Below are positions 61,232 through 64,000 of a stretch of 64,000 bases of DNA, piece after piece; the stretch's first letter is position 1; each line of letters begins with the position of its first letter. The DNA comes from an uncultured Bdellovibrio sp. (GTDB lineage Bacteria > Bdellovibrionota > Bdellovibrionia > Bdellovibrionales > Bdellovibrionaceae): assembly GCA_963932905.1 (NCBI GenBank), contig CAWVRN010000002.1, positions 64,001 to 128,000 on the forward strand. Reading direction: 5' to 3'. Below the pieces are notes generated by a model that searched no databases, was not told where the DNA came from, and worked only from the letters and a program-made list of their open reading frames with translations. A program made the translations under genes and the position numbers.

Positions 61232-61837
61232 TTATAAGCAGCGAACTTGTCTGCTAGTGGATACCTCAATCAACGTGTATCCAGCGCAATTATAACCGTA
61301 TGCACCACATGTCACGACTTGATTGTTGTAGTAGAACTGACCGTTACATTGCATCGAAACAACTCCCGTAGAGTTTGAGCAAAACGAATAGTCTACTTGT
61401 TGACCTGTTGTAGAAGAGTAGCACAAGTTTCCATTTAAATAGTAACCGTTAGTACCTGTCGTACATGCTGTCGTGTTTGTTGAACAGTACGTTGTTGCTA
61501 CCGCTTGTCCAGTGGACGATTGGATACAGTTTGATCCACTCCAGTAGTAACCAGTATTAGTCGTTGTTGTTGTCGAACAGTATGTAGTTGCTACGGCTTG
61601 TCCAGTAGATGAAGAGTAACAGTAGTTTCCATTCCAGTAATATCCGGTTGATGTTCCCGAACAAGTAGATGAACAGTACGTGCTAGCAACCACGGTATTT
61701 GATGGAGAGGCATAACATTGATTGCCGCTCCAGTAGTATCCAGTCGTCGTGGTTGTACTGTTGTTTGAGTTGCTCTTATTACAGCTTGTAGTTAACAGTA
61801 GTAGACTTAAAAAACCGAAGTAGAATATTTTTTTCAT
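61232..61837 (-). CDS. Cys/Thr/Tyr-rich repeat lipoprotein
   Basis: Lipobox TTSC; four GYY(W/L)xGxxC..S..xQxVxxx(Y/F)CS-like repeats. Confidence 0.8.
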   Translation of the reverse strand: MKKIFYFGFLSLLLLTTSCNKSNSNNSTTTTTGYYWSGNQCYASPSNTVVASTYCSSTCSGTSTGYYWNGNYCYSSSTGQAVATTYCSTTTTTNTGYYWSGSNCIQSSTGQAVATTYCSTNTTACTTGTNGYYLNGNLCYSSTTGQQVDYSFCSNSTGVVSMQCNGQFYYNNQVVTCGAYGYNCAGYTLIEVSTSRQVRCL

Positions 61838-61860
61838 TTGAACCTCACGACTGTCATTAG

Positions 61861-61876
61861 AGCAATACGAGGACCT
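61861..61876 (-). promoter_or_regulatory. Putative sigma54 promoter
   Basis: Minus strand AGGTCCTCGTATTGCT (GG-N10-GC). Confidence 0.5.
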
Positions 61877-62213
61877 AAATCTCTAAAACGACCTAAGTAT
61901 CTTGAATAAGTGTCAAAAATGTAATCATGGAAAAACTGTGGAAATTGTAAAACCTGTCATACTCACCAAAATGAGACAAAAATGGGCGCACACCCTTAAA
62001 CTAGCATTTAATAAAAGTGTCTCATTCTGAAACGTAAACTTGATTCGCTGTCGTTTAAAATCTGACGAGTGAGTGATGCCTTGTCGTCGAAAACGCTTTG
62101 GTAAGGCCCTCATCAGGCCGTCATTATGCACATAAAAATAGGTGGGGGCATCTATTCGGTCAAGAAACTCAAGACATTGCATCGGAAATGGATAGAGTTC
62201 GAGGAGATAACTT

Positions 62214-62747
62214 ATGAGTATCAAGGTTCACAAAACATCTTTGAGTTTTGGATTGGCGATTGGAATCGTTATTGGCGGTGTATTCATGTCGTTAATGCTG
62301 CATAAACGAGGCGAACCAGTATCCTTAAGCAAGAAAATCGCAGACTCAGAGGATGTAAATCTAAGTGGGAACATAAAGGAATCTGAACCTACGACGGTAT
62401 ATGAAGATATCGACATTAAACAGGATGCTCGCATAACTAAAATGAAGTGGGATATTGAAAATGCTAAAGATTTGTTGAATTCCGATACCCTGAACTGGGC
62501 TCAAAAACTACCCCAACCAAAGACAATTCAAGAAGAGTATTTCCAATTGTATATGCTAATTGCATTCGAAAAGAAAAACTTGGATGTCCTTGCGGTGGCT
62601 TCAAAAAATAAAGTATTGTTGGAAGACGCGAAAACGAACAGTTCTCTTAAAGACTATATAGGGCAATGTTTAAAGTCTCCTAGCATTGAACAAGAGAAAG
62701 CCGTCAAGGATTTCGTCGTTCATTTCGACGGCATGATCAGTAACTGA
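62214..62747 (+). CDS. Hypothetical membrane-anchored protein
   Basis: GAGGAG RBS; single N-terminal TM. Confidence 0.65.
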   Translation: MSIKVHKTSLSFGLAIGIVIGGVFMSLMLHKRGEPVSLSKKIADSEDVNLSGNIKESEPTTVYEDIDIKQDARITKMKWDIENAKDLLNSDTLNWAQKLPQPKTIQEEYFQLYMLIAFEKKNLDVLAVASKNKVLLEDAKTNSSLKDYIGQCLKSPSIEQEKAVKDFVVHFDGMISN

Positions 62748-62842
62748 TTCGTATATAAATAGTTGAAACGTCTTCCAGAAAAAATCTCGATCTGTTTATT
62801 AGAATCTATGAACAGCTGGATAGCTATTTTGAAAAGTAAATT

Positions 62843-62870
62843 CGGCCTTGAATAGTTGTATCCAAGGCCG
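62843..62870. terminator. Hairpin downstream of mdh
   Basis: CGGCCTTG...CAAGGCCG between convergent genes. Confidence 0.5.
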
Positions 62871-62879
62871 GTAGAAAAA

Positions 62880-63869
62880 TTAGCCTAAAAGGTGCTTAAC
62901 GCCATCGCGTTCTTCAGTTAGTTCTTTTAGTGTGAATTCCATTTTTTCTTTAGAGAAAGAGTCGATTTCCAAACCTTTAACGATTTTGTAGTCGCCGTTT
63001 TCACATGTGCACGGGAAACCGTAAACGATACCTTCAGGGATACCGTATGAACCGTCCGATGGAACGCCCATAGTTGCCCATTTGCCGTTTGTTCCTAAAC
63101 ACCAGTCACGCATGTGATCAATAGCCGCATTCGCTGCCGACGCCGCCGAGGACAAACCACGAGCTTCGATGATCGCAGCACCACGTTTACCCACAGTTGG
63201 GATGAACGTTTCTTTATACCAAGTTTCATCATTAACAGCCGCTTTCATTGCTTTACCGTTAACTTCTGCGAAACGATAGTCAGGATACATGGTCGGAGAG
63301 TGGTTACCCCATACAACCATTTTTTGAATATCACCAACGGCTGTTTTAGTTTTAGTTGCTAATTGAGAAAGTGCACGATTGTGGTCAAGTCTCATCATCG
63401 CAGTGAAGTTTCTAGGATTTAATTTAGGAGCCGACTTCATCGCAATGTAGGCATTCGTGTTTGCTGGGTTACCCACAACAAGAACTTTTACATTTTTGTT
63501 AGCAACGTCATTTAATGCTTTACCTTGTGCCGTAAAGATTTGTGCATTGGCTTCAAGTAAATCTTTTCTCTCCATACCTTTTGAACGCGGACGAGCGCCA
63601 ACAAGTAACGCGATCTCAGCATCTTTGAACGCTACTTTTGGATCATCAGAACCAATGATTTCTTTCAATAAAGGGAAAGCGCAGTCATCAAGTTCCATCA
63701 TCACGCCTTTAAGCGCTTGCATAGCAGGTGTAACTTCTAGAAGTTGTAAAATTACCGGTTGATCTTTACCAAGCATTTCGCCCGAAGCGATTCTGTAAAG
63801 TAAGCTATAGCCGATTTGTCCAGCAGCCCCGGTTACTGCTACTCTCACGGGAGTTTTCGTAGTTGCCAT
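62880..63869 (-). CDS. mdh: Malate dehydrogenase
   Basis: [53 protein letters not shown]. Confidence 0.97.
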   Translation of the reverse strand: MATTKTPVRVAVTGAAGQIGYSLLYRIASGEMLGKDQPVILQLLEVTPAMQALKGVMMELDDCAFPLLKEIIGSDDPKVAFKDAEIALLVGARPRSKGMERKDLLEANAQIFTAQGKALNDVANKNVKVLVVGNPANTNAYIAMKSAPKLNPRNFTAMMRLDHNRALSQLATKTKTAVGDIQKMVVWGNHSPTMYPDYRFAEVNGKAMKAAVNDETWYKETFIPTVGKRGAAIIEARGLSSAASAANAAIDHMRDWCLGTNGKWATMGVPSDGSYGIPEGIVYGFPCTCENGDYKIVKGLEIDSFSKEKMEFTLKELTEERDGVKHLLG

Positions 63870-64000
63870 TGTGGTCTCCTTAAATAAGTAAAAAAAGTAT
63901 AGTTTACGCTAAATTCTAAGTCTATATTTTAAAGCGTTTTTAGATCTACGACGAAGCGGTACTTCACGTCCGACGCGACTGTGCGGGTGTAAGCTTCATT

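Noticed and set aside
61925..62224. 99-aa minus-strand ORF
   Set aside because: It has no clear RBS or motif and overlaps a divergent regulatory region containing palindromic sites.

Overview
Chromosomal window from a low-GC Gram-negative bacterium, most likely Bdellovibrionota (Bdellovibrio/Pseudobdellovibrio-like). This placement is inferred from a bacterial histone-fold gene, a second groES with a Lys/Ala-rich N-terminus beside DUF507 genes, an FQNC-type lipoprotein, many orphan secreted proteins and the TPR-bEBP-flgBC-fliEFGHIJ layout. Housekeeping content: a PBP1B-like enzyme, a GntP-family permease, KamA, acetoacetate-CoA ligase, pgpA-cinA-recA, gpx, elbB, ddl, a thiamine-type ABC transporter, truA-rplM-rpsI, mlaEFD, a large flagellar basal-body/hook cluster, a NIT-domain chemoreceptor and mdh. 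Main points of interest: (1) a ZZ-zinc-finger/histone-fold gene inside the flagellar cluster directly after flgD; (2) an NrtR regulator with a perfect operator palindrome heading a coupled operon with a Hyg5/FkbO chorismatase-like gene and a radical SAM gene that the ORF track missed (truncated at the window edge); (3) a GroES fused to a histone-H1-like tail; (4) six candidate sigma54 promoters, mostly before orphan secreted proteins, plus a recurrent GTCTCA-N3-TGAGAC palindrome and a GAFTGA-less activator homologue; (5) REP/MITE-like palindromic elements with mirrored compositional skew in the flanking genes; (6) a structured flgE leader with CsrA-like GGA motifs. No rRNA, tRNA, CRISPR array or transposase was seen. 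All family calls come from motif recognition by eye, not from database searches.
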